From the NCBI GenBank assembly GCA_965223385.1, contig CBDCWR010000007.1:2498301-2562300 (forward strand): 64,000 bases of DNA, in the 5' to 3' direction. The notes beneath the pieces are model-generated. The model was given only the letters and a program-made list of their open reading frames with translations, was not told the origin of the DNA and ran no database searches. Shown in pieces: positions 28,201 through 39,960 of this stretch (positions within the stretch are counted from its first letter, which is position 1; each line of letters begins with the position of its first letter). A program made the position numbers and the translations under genes. Origin of the DNA: Candidatus Multivoraceae bacterium. Its GTDB lineage: Bacteria; Acidobacteriota; Thermoanaerobaculia; Multivoradales; Multivoraceae.

Positions 28201-31052
28201 TCGAGGCTCAGACCGTCCTCCTCATGCTCGGCGGCGCGCAGGATGGACCCTGCGAGGTACTCGGCGCGGTAGAGGTCTCCCGTCTCGGAGACGGTGGGCT
28301 GCTGCCAGTAAGGCCGCGTACTCTCGAACTCGGGATCGTCGATCTCCTCGTAGAAGTCGGTCCCGGTCAGGTGCAGCGCCATCGTGTCGGCACGGGGCAC
28401 GAGAGTGAGGTCGAACGGTTGGGTGTTCACGGAGAAGCGGTGCTTGCCGAGGCGCAGCACGTCGCCCTCCTCGAAGATCTCCTGGCGATCGCGGAACCCG
28501 CGCGTCGCCTCCTGCTGGGTCGACTTGATCCGACTCGTGATCTCGTCGGCGCGCACCGAATCGCCGAGCTCGCGCAGGTCCTCCGCGAGGCTGCGCACCT
28601 TCATGACCATGGCGTCGGAGGCGAAAAACGCGCCCAGCTCGGCGGCGTCTTCGAATGTCTGGCCGCGCCTGGCGACGCTCTCGAGGATGCGGTCCGCGGC
28701 CTCGGAGAGGCGCTCGGCGCGGCGCTGCCGCTCGTCGAGCAGCAGCTGCTTCTTCGCGCTGAAGGCCTCGTAGACCTCCTCCCGCTTGGTGACGAGCTGG
28801 GTGAGGAACTCGTCGAAGTCGGCATAGCGGCTCTCCAGCTCCTCGAGCTGGAGCATCTGACGGGCGAGCGCCTCGTCGCACTCTTCGGGAGTGGTCGCCA
28901 GGGCGATGGCGGAGGAGACGGCCTGGCCGTACAGCTTGAACTCCGCACCGAACTCGGCCGTGGCCTCGCGGGACCGCAGCTCTTTGGAACGGTTCTGCGT
29001 CAGCGCGCGCACCCGATTGGTGGCTGCAAGTACCTCGGAGATCCGCTCGAGTAGCGCTGCGCGAACCGTGGCGTCGTCCACCTCCAGGGTGCCGACGATC
29101 TCGGTCAGGAGGCGCAGGCCTTCGTCGAGACGATCGATCTGCTCGGTGGTCTCCGCCGCGTCTTTGACGGTGGAGAGGCTCTCGAGACTCGTTTCGATCT
29201 CCTGCGCGCGCCGGTGGTAGGGGTCGAGGGCCTTCTCGTCGGCCAGGAAGGCGACCGTACGCTCACTGATGTCGTCGAAGGCCGCCGCGCACCGCTCCTC
29301 GAGAGTGGCCAGCGCCTCCTCGTCGATGTAGCGCAGCTCCCGCAGCGTGATGAGCTGGCCGCGCTGCCGGCGGAGCTGCGCCAGCGCGTCGGTGAACTGC
29401 GTGGCCTCCGACCACGAGTCGGGCTGCAGCCCGCGGCGAATCTCCGCCATCTCGGCTTCGGCCTCGGCCAGTGCCTTCGACGACTGGGCGCGGATGGCCT
29501 GCACCTTCTCGAACTCGTCGACGATGAGCTCGGCCGTATCCCGGACCGCCCCGACTCCTTCCGCGATCCCGGCCGCGTCTTCGTGCTCGAGCCAGTGATA
29601 GGCGTCGAGCGTCCGCGTGCAGCTGCGGATGAGCTCCTCGTACAGCTCGACCGACTCCGAGGGCTCCGAGATCGCACGCTCGATCGCGAGCGCATCGGAG
29701 ATACCGCGTACGAGCTCTGCGTTGCCGATCTGCTCGAGGTAGGTGCCGGCTTCACCGGAGGCCGCCTGTGCTGCGAACTCCTCCGAGCAGAAGGGCGACT
29801 GCCAGACCTGCATGGTGTGCACGCGCGTCGGCTCGTCGGAGGTGGCGCGGAAGACGATCAGACGCCCGCTGTCGAAGACCGAGTAGCCGTGGCAGTCGAT
29901 GGGTGTCTGGATCTCCTTGCGCAGCAGGTTGTAGGGCAGCAGCTGGAAGCGCCCGCTCGCACGGTGGTGAAAGACGTAGAGCACGTCCTCGCCGTTCGGC
30001 GAGCGGATGCGCTTGACGTACTCGAGGTCGGAGACGTCCGCAGCGAAGGTCTTCGACTCGCCCGAGGCCAGGGCGTAGCCGCCCGGGAAGATCACGCCGT
30101 GGTCTTCGGGCAGCTGCTGACAGGCCAGGCCAATCGCATCGACGCGGAAGACCTTCTTGGTCAGGCAGCTGAAGACGAAGTAGCGCCACTTGCTCTCGCG
30201 AAAGGGAAGGATGCGGAAGAGGATGAGGCTCCCCAGGCGCGCGTACTCGTACTCGGCGTCGTCGAGTGCCTGATCGGCGTCGTCCACCGGCTCGCGATAG
30301 ATGCCGAGGCCGTCTTCGGTGTTGTTCTCGACCTTCACCGTCAGGTCGCCGCCGACGGTCTCCACGAAGACCTCACCCAGAATGTCCACGTGCGGGTGGG
30401 CGCCGTGCACGTGATCGTCCCGCGACGCCGGTTTCCACTCGAAGTCGTGGGCGGACTCGAAGACGTGGTCGCGCTCGCCGCGGTTGTCGACGTAGGTGGC
30501 GACCCCGTCGGCGTCGACGCTCCACCGCAGAACCTTGACGTCGAGCGCCGTCGCTCCGGTCTGGAAGATGGCCAGCAGCTGGCCGCCGAAGTTGCGCAGC
30601 TGCAGCAGGCGCGCGGACGCGTAGTAGGTGTACAGCTCGCGGAAGTCGGCGACGAAGCGGGGGTCGGACAGGAACGGCGCCTCGGCGTCCTCGAACGCGA
30701 AGGTGCCGTCGTCTCTCTCGACGAAGCGCTGCGACGAGAAGACGTCGTGCACGTCCGTCTCCTTCTTCAGCCCGAGGAAGACGTTGTAGCCGAAGACGAG
30801 CGTGTCGCCCACCTGCGCGATGTCGCGCGGGACGCAGTTGTTCTCCGTGCGGATGCGGAGGCTGCCCGTGACCTCGAACGGGGTTCCTCCGAAGAGCTCG
30901 AGGCGCTTCTGGTTGAGCGCCTCGGCCCGGTCGCGCAGATCCGCCGCCTGGCTGACCAGGCGGTCGCGGACGATCTCGTAGGTTGCCCGCTCGATCTGCG
31001 GCCCGGACTCTTCCGTGGGCTCCGCGGTCGCCGACTTGGCGTCGTCAGCCAC
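25272..31052 (-). CDS. Giant (1926 aa) coiled-coil protein with an embedded AAA+ ATPase domain (AAA_5/MoxR-dynein-like). Its start overlaps the flotillin stop.
   Basis: Walker A ISPPGYGKTT, Walker B NVLLYLDDIQ and sensor region KFAVCMAGNPYTEAGERFQIPDMLANRADVYNLG at about aa 1380-1570. More than 700 aa of E/R/A/L-rich heptad-like sequence precede it. No TM or signal peptide. Confidence 0.8.
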   Translation of the reverse strand: MADDAKSATAEPTEESGPQIERATYEIVRDRLVSQAADLRDRAEALNQKRLELFGGTPFEVTGSLRIRTENNCVPRDIAQVGDTLVFGYNVFLGLKKETDVHDVFSSQRFVERDDGTFAFEDAEAPFLSDPRFVADFRELYTYYASARLLQLRNFGGQLLAIFQTGATALDVKVLRWSVDADGVATYVDNRGERDHVFESAHDFEWKPASRDDHVHGAHPHVDILGEVFVETVGGDLTVKVENNTEDGLGIYREPVDDADQALDDAEYEYARLGSLILFRILPFRESKWRYFVFSCLTKKVFRVDAIGLACQQLPEDHGVIFPGGYALASGESKTFAADVSDLEYVKRIRSPNGEDVLYVFHHRASGRFQLLPYNLLRKEIQTPIDCHGYSVFDSGRLIVFRATSDEPTRVHTMQVWQSPFCSEEFAAQAASGEAGTYLEQIGNAELVRGISDALAIERAISEPSESVELYEELIRSCTRTLDAYHWLEHEDAAGIAEGVGAVRDTAELIVDEFEKVQAIRAQSSKALAEAEAEMAEIRRGLQPDSWSEATQFTDALAQLRRQRGQLITLRELRYIDEEALATLEERCAAAFDDISERTVAFLADEKALDPYHRRAQEIETSLESLSTVKDAAETTEQIDRLDEGLRLLTEIVGTLEVDDATVRAALLERISEVLAATNRVRALTQNRSKELRSREATAEFGAEFKLYGQAVSSAIALATTPEECDEALARQMLQLEELESRYADFDEFLTQLVTKREEVYEAFSAKKQLLLDERQRRAERLSEAADRILESVARRGQTFEDAAELGAFFASDAMVMKVRSLAEDLRELGDSVRADEITSRIKSTQQEATRGFRDRQEIFEEGDVLRLGKHRFSVNTQPFDLTLVPRADTMALHLTGTDFYEEIDDPEFESTRPYWQQPTVSETGDLYRAEYLAGSILRAAEHEEDGLSLERLHEAVETETVLDLVREVTTERYDEGYERGVHDADAALILTQALSLASTGGLLRYSGTARAAAILYWTYGLEREAQETLQTRAQSLVRLRGALGQSRAITDLAREIGAEVVTFVEAQALDFPAFSSVAAGHYLAEELGRDRLEFVLGPEALALRDSLDRALRDHQLERELDGDLRKLSSLRERIALARAWIRSVIVPSAPGDAASGTEAATPDTIGPGPELELAALLVTAGEGLSRLESHARTHSTVRGLLGQHPRVERGELDLRLDRFLARIDSHVAETAPGFRNFQAQRHELLEGQRERLRISEYQPRVMSSFVRNRLLSEVYLPLIGDNLAKQIGAFGDAKRTDLMGLLLLISPPGYGKTTVMEYVANRLGLVFVKVNGPALGHGVNSLDPADAPNATARQEVEKINFAFELGNNVLLYLDDIQHTSSELLQKFISLCDAQRRVEGVWKGRTQTYDLRGKKFAVCMAGNPYTEAGERFQIPDMLANRADVYNLGDVLEGKDDLFALSYIENSLTSNPVLAPLAGRDPKDVHQLVDMAKGKSVQVGSEPAAIDQLSHPYSAAEVNEILAVLRKLLRAQEVLLAVNQQYIASAAQDDNYRTEPPFQLQGSYRNMNKLAEKIVAVMNDEEMEALLDDHYAGEAQTLTTGAEQNILKLRELRGVLTDEEAARWESIKQGFLRTRAMGGAEDDPVTRVTGTLGLLSDRLGEIGSTIGASIEAASEAQRESDTREDDAEPSQERLSRLVSARVDAAIAQRMERRAEAAEASSTEPQRVELDLGPYVDKLQETLDTLAQATAQATHVAASRAPAPAPAESPALMELPEPEETGGKRRSSSMTLPPTSSSPAPGSISSAQVEAVTRQLDRLVRGMQAIGGAIANVQLPQGSGETVRVVQTLQPGVYDLIDELSENIDTGVMDVLKDLSRWMKRQEIEPDARLEQLTERTLKQVDRFKDLVSALKKIETGGHGSPSRDADE

Positions 31053-32950
31053 TACGACCGGTCCTCAGGCTGCGCCCCTCCTTCGGCGAGCAGCTTGCCG
31101 AGCTGGTCCTGCGTGACACCCTGGTCGCGCAGCATCTTGGCGATCATCGCGAAGAGCGCCAGGTTCTGGGCGCCGTCGGTGCCGCCGCCGATCAGGCCCT
31201 GGAGGTCTTCGGGCAGGCGGGCCTTGCCGTCCATGTAGTCGGAGAGCAGGGCCTTCACCGTGTCCGACCGGTCGACGAAGCCGTCGACCGACTTGCCCAT
31301 CGCGATGGAGTTCACGAGGCGATCGAGGAAGACGCCGTCGCCGCCCACGATGTCGATGTTGGCCTCCTGCAGCGCCTGCGAGAGCACCGCGGCCTGCGCT
31401 TCGGCGACCGCCTTGCGCGCCTCGATCTCTTCGCTCTCGATGGCCCGGTCCTTCTCGAGGCGGAGCCGGAACTCCTCGTGACCGCGGGTCGCTTCGTCGA
31501 GCGCGGCCATGGCCGCTGCCTTCTTCTCGATGCCGGCCGCCTCGGCGGTGAGCTTCTCCTGGATCGCGGACGCCTCGGCGGAGCCCTGCTCGCGGAGCAC
31601 GGCGGCCTCGGCGCGGCCCTGCTTCTCGACGGCGGTCGCATCCTGCTCCTTCACCCGGACCTCAGCCAGCCCTTCGGCAGCAGCCTCGGCCTGCACGCCT
31701 TCGGCCAGGCGGATCTTGGCCTGCGCCTCCTTGTCCGAGGCTTCGAGCTCGGCGTCGGCCAGGATCAGACGCTGGCGTGCCTGGAACTTCGCCGCCTCTT
31801 CCTGGGCCTCGGCGGCCTTGATGTCCTTGACGAGGTTCTCCTGCGCGGCGGCTTCGGCGGTGATGATGGTCGCCTGCTTCTGCCGGTTCGCCTCCTCGAC
31901 GACGCGCAGCTCCTTGATGCGCTCTTCTTCTTCGGCGACGGTGCGGTCGACGGCCACACGCTCGCGGATGACGTCGGCGATGGCCTTCTTCTCGACCTCG
32001 ACCTCCTTCTCCTTGGCGATCGTCTGCAGCTCGGTCTCGCGGTCGCGCGAGATCACCTCGAGCATGCGGTCCTTCTCGACGCGCTCCCCCTCGACGGCGA
32101 TGACGCGCTCCTTGTTCTTGGCGGCCACCTCCACCTGGCGGAGGCGGTTCTCCTCGTTGATCTGGATCTCTTCGTCGGCGCGGATACGGGCGTTCTCCGC
32201 CTTGAGGCGCTCTTCGGACTGCACCTTCGCGATCTCGGCCTGCTCGCGGGCCTGCACCGTGGAGATCTCGCGCTGCTGCCGCGCCTCGGCGTCGGCCTGC
32301 TGCCGCTCGAGCTCGAGGATCGCCTCTGTGGCCTCCACGTCCTGCTTCTTGATCTGCTTCTTCTCGAAGTTCTCGAACTCGTTCGTCTTCACGTGCTCGG
32401 TGGCGGTGAGCTCGGTGATCTTGCGGATGCCCTGCGCGTCGAGGATGTTGTAGGTGTCGAGTGCGGTCATCGGCGTCTGCTCGAGGTAGTCGATCGCCGC
32501 GTCCTCGAGGAAGTAGCCGTTCAGGTCGCGGCCGATGACCCCGATGATCTGATCGCGGAACTCCTCGCGCTTCGTGTAGAGGTCGACGAAGTCGAGCTGC
32601 TTGCCGACCGTCTTGAGCGCCTCGGAGAACTTGGCGGAGAAGAGCTGCTCGAGAGTGTTGGGGTCGGAGGCGCGCTTACAGCCGATCGCCTGGGCGACGC
32701 GGATGACGTCTTCGGCCGACTTGTTCACGCGCACGAAGAAGGCGACCTTGATGTCGGCCCGGATGTTGTCGCGACAGATCAGACCCTCGGTGCCGCGCCG
32801 GTCGATCTCGATCGTCTTGAGCGAGATGTCCATCTCCTCCACCTTGTAGAGGAGCGGCCAGACCACCCTCGGGGTGAACGAGACGCTGATGTTCCCTGGG
32901 CGCGTGAGCACGAGGGCACGACCTTGTTCGACTTTCCGGTACCACCACAT
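31052..32950 (-). CDS. Flotillin-family (SPFH/Band 7) protein.
   Basis: RBS AAGGAG. An N-terminal hydrophobic hairpin and an SPFH domain are followed by a long E/A/K/R-rich flotillin-type coiled coil. Confidence 0.85.
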   Translation of the reverse strand: MWWYRKVEQGRALVLTRPGNISVSFTPRVVWPLLYKVEEMDISLKTIEIDRRGTEGLICRDNIRADIKVAFFVRVNKSAEDVIRVAQAIGCKRASDPNTLEQLFSAKFSEALKTVGKQLDFVDLYTKREEFRDQIIGVIGRDLNGYFLEDAAIDYLEQTPMTALDTYNILDAQGIRKITELTATEHVKTNEFENFEKKQIKKQDVEATEAILELERQQADAEARQQREISTVQAREQAEIAKVQSEERLKAENARIRADEEIQINEENRLRQVEVAAKNKERVIAVEGERVEKDRMLEVISRDRETELQTIAKEKEVEVEKKAIADVIRERVAVDRTVAEEEERIKELRVVEEANRQKQATIITAEAAAQENLVKDIKAAEAQEEAAKFQARQRLILADAELEASDKEAQAKIRLAEGVQAEAAAEGLAEVRVKEQDATAVEKQGRAEAAVLREQGSAEASAIQEKLTAEAAGIEKKAAAMAALDEATRGHEEFRLRLEKDRAIESEEIEARKAVAEAQAAVLSQALQEANIDIVGGDGVFLDRLVNSIAMGKSVDGFVDRSDTVKALLSDYMDGKARLPEDLQGLIGGGTDGAQNLALFAMIAKMLRDQGVTQDQLGKLLAEGGAQPEDRS

Positions 32951-33185
32951 ACAGAAACTCCTTCCCTCGGCTCAGCGTTGGATGGTCCAGGTGTGCCCTG
33001 GATGTCCCCCGATGGAGTGCTCGAGGCGCAGGTCGACGCGGCCCCCAGGGGGGCGGGTCGCTCTCGGCTCCCGCTGGCGCGGGGCTCGGTCGTCTCGGAG
33101 CAGGCTCATGGTCCCCTTCGGCCGGCTCGATTAGGCCGCCCTACGAGATCTAACGCAGTTTGGTTGCGACGATCGACAGAATCAT

Positions 33186-33204
33186 CTTCGCAGGATCTGC
33201 GAAG
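33186..33204. promoter_or_regulatory. 19-bp palindrome CTTCGCAG-gat-CTGCGAAG in the divergent promoter region between the flotillin operon and the nitroreductase gene.
   Basis: 8-bp perfect arms. Located 235 bp upstream of the flotillin start and 187 bp upstream of the nitroreductase start. Confidence 0.35.
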
Positions 33205-33390
33205 GGGGGCCAGGGAAAGACGTGTCGCTCGGGAACGATCGGCGCGTGGGGCGTCCCCGAGGTCCTCTCGGGGACCGGGCGAGGAGTACACTGAGCGTCC
33301 CCAACGCAATCCGAGCTCGCGCGGAGGGGTACGGCGCCCCGGGGGTGTCGTGCTTTCGGGTCTGCCGCGAGCGACGCCAGGAGAGTCGCG

Positions 33391-34026
33391 ATGACGGAAG
33401 AGATTGGCCTGTTCGACGCCCTGTTCCACTGCCGGGCGATGCGCAAGATCAAGCCGGACGCAGTACCGGAGGAGATGCTGGTGCGCCTGATCGAAGCCGG
33501 CAACCAGGCCCCGAGCGGGTCGAACCTGCAGGGAGCCCGCTGGATCGTGGTGCGCGACCCGGACGTGAAGGCGGAGCTCGCCCGCCTCAACAAGATCGGG
33601 GTCGAGGAGTACATCGGGCCGATGGACGGCCAGGGTGCGTCGTTGCCCCACCAGAATGCCGACAAGCGTCAGCGCATGATCAACGCCGTGCTCTGGCAGG
33701 CGGAGCACATGCACGAGATCCCCGCGCTCGTCATCGCATGCATGAAGTTCGGGCGCGAGGTGACGGAGCTCGAGCGCGCGCAGGCGGGCGGCTCGATCTG
33801 GCCGGGCATCCAGAACGTGCTGCTCGCGGCTCGAGGGCTCGGCCTCGGCGCCGCGCCGACCACGCTGGGGCTGCGCGACCGCGCCGCGGTGAAGGAGGCG
33901 CTCGCCCTGCCGGACGACATGGAGGCGATCTGCCTCATTCCGGTCGGCTGGCCCATGGGCAACTTCGGTCCGGTCACCCGGCTGCCGGTCGAGCAGACCA
34001 TGCGCTGGGATCGCTGGTCGGCGTAG
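33391..34026 (+). CDS. Nitroreductase-family protein.
   Basis: RBS AGGAGA. Nitroreductase-fold motifs are present (R.IKPD..P.E.L..LIEAG..APSGSN.Q..R...V). Confidence 0.8.
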   Translation: MTEEIGLFDALFHCRAMRKIKPDAVPEEMLVRLIEAGNQAPSGSNLQGARWIVVRDPDVKAELARLNKIGVEEYIGPMDGQGASLPHQNADKRQRMINAVLWQAEHMHEIPALVIACMKFGREVTELERAQAGGSIWPGIQNVLLAARGLGLGAAPTTLGLRDRAAVKEALALPDDMEAICLIPVGWPMGNFGPVTRLPVEQTMRWDRWSA

Positions 34027-34056
34027 CTGACTTCCGTGGTGGTACCACGGGTCAGC
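34026..34056 (+). terminator. Candidate terminator hairpin overlapping the nitroreductase stop codon.
   Basis: Imperfect 13-bp stem GCTGAC(TT)CCGTGGT-GG-TACCACGGGTCAGC. No clear U-tract. Confidence 0.35.
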
Positions 34057-34151
34057 TACCGATGTTGATGCTCCTGCCGCTGACGCGGCATGCGCGCTCC
34101 AAGCTCGCTGCGCTCGCGTCGCTTGCCGCGGCCCCTATTTGAGGAGGAGAC

Positions 34152-34376
34152 GTGTCGGCGAAGTCGATCGGGTTGGTGCTCATTGCCGGTGGCGGAGTTC
34201 TCGTGCTCGTCGGCATCGCGACCTACCTGGGCTGGCTGTCCTGGTTCGGGCGGCTGCCGGGCGACGTCCGGATCGAGGGTGAGCGCACCCGGGTCTACTT
34301 CCCGGTGGTCACCATGCTCGTGATCTCCGTGGTCGCGACCCTGCTCCTGAACCTGCTGCTCCGGCTCTTCAAGTGA
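34152..34376 (+). CDS. DUF2905-family small membrane protein.
   Basis: GTG start with RBS GAGGAGGAG. 74 aa with a central GRLPGDVRIE motif between two TM helices. Confidence 0.6.
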   Translation: MSAKSIGLVLIAGGGVLVLVGIATYLGWLSWFGRLPGDVRIEGERTRVYFPVVTMLVISVVATLLLNLLLRLFK

Positions 34377-34394
34377 GGCCGCGCGCGGAGTCGA

Positions 34395-34799
34395 TCAGGA
34401 TCTGCGTGCTCCGTTGGGCGGCCACGCGACGAGGACAGCCAGCAGCGCGAGCGCGATGACGAGGCCGAGGAACTCGCGCGTCTCCTCGATGTAGGGCTTG
34501 TCGGGGCTCATGGTCCCGGTGATCGACTCGAAGTCGTGCTCGAACATCCAGTCGAAGAAGCCCGGTGCGACCGAGAGTGCAAGTGCACCCAGGAGTGCGA
34601 CGTTGAGCCAGGTGAGCACGCGGTGGGAGTGGCCACACGCCGCGAGGGTGAACACCCCGGCCGTGAGCGCGTAGACCGCGACCCAGAGCGCCGGGTCGGG
34701 GTCGTTCAGCTGCAGCCACGCGAAGGCCGCCATGGCGAGCGCAAACGCCGCGAAGGTGGCGCGCTGTGCCGGCGAGGTCGAGCGATCGGACGCGGACAT
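34395..34799 (-). CDS. Hypothetical membrane protein (4 TM helices).
   Basis: Hydrophobic segments. No known motif. Confidence 0.45.
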   Translation of the reverse strand: MSASDRSTSPAQRATFAAFALAMAAFAWLQLNDPDPALWVAVYALTAGVFTLAACGHSHRVLTWLNVALLGALALSVAPGFFDWMFEHDFESITGTMSPDKPYIEETREFLGLVIALALLAVLVAWPPNGARRS

Positions 34800-34811
34800 G
34801 CTCTAAGAGCC

Positions 34812-35792
34812 TCAGGCTGCGACTTCGTACACGATCTCGTCGCCGGAGGCCTGGCGTGCGATCTCGCCGCGCTCCTCGAGGTAGCGGAGGTGCGCGATCG
34901 CCTCGCCGGTGGCGAACCAGCGCTGCATGATGGGGAAGTCGTCCCAGCTCTTCGCGCGAATCGACCAGCGCATGGCCCCCGCAGTGTCGTACGCGTTGCG
35001 TGGCCGCTCGGCGAGGAGGTCCTTGGCCTCCTGCGCGCGCTCGACATGGTGCTCCTGCAGCTCCGTGACGCGGCCGTGGAAGTCGCGGATGAGGCGGCGG
35101 TGGCCCGGCAGGCAGAGATCGACGTCGAGCTGGGCGACCTTGCGGAGGCTCTGCATGAACGTCTCGAGCGGGTCGTGCTCGTCGGACCACGCCTGGATGT
35201 TCGGGGTGATGTCGCCCAGGACGTGGTCCCCGGCGACGAAGAGCCGGTGCTGCGCGTCGTAGAGCGAGATGTGGCCGAAGGTGTGGCCCGGCGTATCGAT
35301 CACTTCGAGCGAGTAGTCGCCGATCTCGACCCTGTCGCCTTCGACCAGCGGCTGGTAGTCGACGGCGCTACCTGAGCCCCACTTCGAGGCGGGGTGATTC
35401 CTGAACGAAGCCTCCAGCTCGGCGGCCGGGAATCCGCTCCGCGCGAGGTAGCGGCCCATGTCGCTCTCGGCGCTCCAGGAGAACTTGCGCCCCAGAGCCG
35501 CGGCGTCGACGGCGCCCATGGAAGCTTCTCGCCCGGGCTTCAGGAGGTGCGGGATCAGGCCGCAGTGGTCGGCGTGCAGGTGCGTCGCCAGGAAGTCCGT
35601 CTTCTCGAGATCGACGCCGATCTCCGCCAGGCCTTCGTCCATCGCCGCGCGGCACTCGGGGCGGTTCATGCCGGTGTCGACGACGAGGTTGCGGTCTTCG
35701 GCGACGAAGACGAAGGAGTTGATCTCCCGGAGCGGGTTGTCCGGCAGCGGAACGACGATCTGGAAGACGGAGGGGAGGATCTCGGTGGCCAT
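34812..35792 (-). CDS. MBL-fold metallo-hydrolase.
   Basis: THLHADHCG (HxHxDH) metal-binding motif. Start taken at M16 of the track ORF. Confidence 0.8.
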   Translation of the reverse strand: MATEILPSVFQIVVPLPDNPLREINSFVFVAEDRNLVVDTGMNRPECRAAMDEGLAEIGVDLEKTDFLATHLHADHCGLIPHLLKPGREASMGAVDAAALGRKFSWSAESDMGRYLARSGFPAAELEASFRNHPASKWGSGSAVDYQPLVEGDRVEIGDYSLEVIDTPGHTFGHISLYDAQHRLFVAGDHVLGDITPNIQAWSDEHDPLETFMQSLRKVAQLDVDLCLPGHRRLIRDFHGRVTELQEHHVERAQEAKDLLAERPRNAYDTAGAMRWSIRAKSWDDFPIMQRWFATGEAIAHLRYLEERGEIARQASGDEIVYEVAA

Positions 35793-35892
35793 GGGGGCTC
35801 CTGACGGGAGGCTGGGCGGACGTCGCGCAGAGGGCACGGGCGCGACGGCCTACCCTAGCGCAGGCGCCGGCTGCCGCCGCGCGGCCGGCGCT

Positions 35893-38544
<2,652 letters not shown>

Positions 38545-38853
38545 GATGTGTCGTGTCCGGCGCGTGTTGGATCGCGCATGGGCCGATCCTGCGGGGCAGG
38601 CCCGCCCGCCGGACGTCGGGGGCGGTCGCCGAACGGCGTTTTGCAAGTCTACGCATCAAAGACGCGATTTGCTAGTTTTTTTGGATTTACGTCGCCGCTC
38701 TGCGGCACACGTCGCGGTTGGATGTGCAAATCGCTGCACGTCGCGGGAGATCTCGGCGATCGAGCCCCCTCGCTCGCCTCCGCTTGCTGTTGCTATGGTT
38801 ACGGCCTTCTTGGAATGCGCCGCGCGGCGCACGACAACCTCTGGAACACGGTC

Positions 38854-39960
38854 ATGAACGTTGCATTCGTCGGTTGGCGCGGGATGGTTGGATCCGTCCT
38901 GCGTGAGCGCCTCGCGGAATCGGGCGAGAGCGGCTTCGAGTGGACGTACTTCTCCACATCGGCTGCAGGAGGCGAGGGCCCGGACGGCCAGCCTCTCCGT
39001 GACGCCCTCGACGTGTCTCTCCTCGAGACGCACGACGTCGTGCTGACGTGCCAGGGTGGCGGCTACACCTCGGAGGTCCACCCGCAGCTCAGGGATCGCG
39101 GCTGGGACGGCTTCTGGATCGACGCGGCGTCGACGCTCCGCATGCGCGAGGACGCGATCATCGTTCTCGATCCCGTCAACGGCCAGCGCATGGAGGCGGC
39201 CATCGAGCGCGGTGTGCGCGACCTCATCGGCGGCAACTGCACCGTGTCGCTCATGCTCATGGCCGCGGCTCCGCTGTTCGAGCAGGGCTGGGTGGAGTGG
39301 CTGAGCTCGATGACCTACCAGGCCGCGTCCGGCGCCGGGGCGGCGGCGGTTCGTGAGCTCGCGGCGCAGACCCGCTTCCTCGGCGAGCGCACCTCCGACG
39401 TTCTCGACGATCCGGCGCGCGCGATCGCCGAGCTCGACCGCGCCGCGCTGAACGCGCAGCGCAGCCCAGACTTCCCGACCGCCGACATCGGCTACCCCCT
39501 TGCGGGGAGCCTGTTGCCGTGGATCGACCGCGACGTCGGTGGCGGTCAGTCCCGCGAGGAGTGGAAGGGTGGGGTCGAGTCGAACAAGATCCTCGGCCTC
39601 GATCCGCCGGTCCCCGTGGATGGCATCTGTGTGCGCGTGGGCTCGATGCGCTGTCACGCGCAGGCGCTGCAGTTCAAGCTGACCGAAGGCGTGCCGCTCG
39701 ATGAGATCGAAGAGGTGCTCTCCGAGGCGCATCCCTGGTGCGAGGTGGTTCCGAACACCCCCGAGGAGTCGCTCGCGCGCCTCACGCCAGCCGCGGTCAC
39801 CGGGTCGCTCCAGGTACCGATCGGCCGCCTGCGCAAGCCGGCGATGGGCGACGACTACCTGTCGGCGTTCACGGTCGGCGACCAGCTGCTCTGGGGAGCG
39901 GCAGAGCCGCTGCTGCGTGCTCTCGTGATGGTGCGCGAGATGTCGGCGGTGACGGCCTAG
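38854..39960 (+). CDS. asd: Aspartate-semialdehyde dehydrogenase.
   Basis: NVAFVGWRGMVG Rossmann N-terminus. Catalytic ..GGNCTVSLMLMA.. Cys motif. 368 aa. Confidence 0.85.
   Translation: MNVAFVGWRGMVGSVLRERLAESGESGFEWTYFSTSAAGGEGPDGQPLRDALDVSLLETHDVVLTCQGGGYTSEVHPQLRDRGWDGFWIDAASTLRMREDAIIVLDPVNGQRMEAAIERGVRDLIGGNCTVSLMLMAAAPLFEQGWVEWLSSMTYQAASGAGAAAVRELAAQTRFLGERTSDVLDDPARAIAELDRAALNAQRSPDFPTADIGYPLAGSLLPWIDRDVGGGQSREEWKGGVESNKILGLDPPVPVDGICVRVGSMRCHAQALQFKLTEGVPLDEIEEVLSEAHPWCEVVPNTPEESLARLTPAAVTGSLQVPIGRLRKPAMGDDYLSAFTVGDQLLWGAAEPLLRALVMVREMSAVTA

Noticed and set aside
38548-38853. Upstream 102 codons of the asd track ORF, and a possible riboswitch in the 300-bp leader.
   Set aside because: The extension is non-protein-like and overlaps the histidine kinase promoter region. 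No lysine, SAM or other riboswitch consensus was recognisable by eye. The AT-rich patch is probably a promoter.
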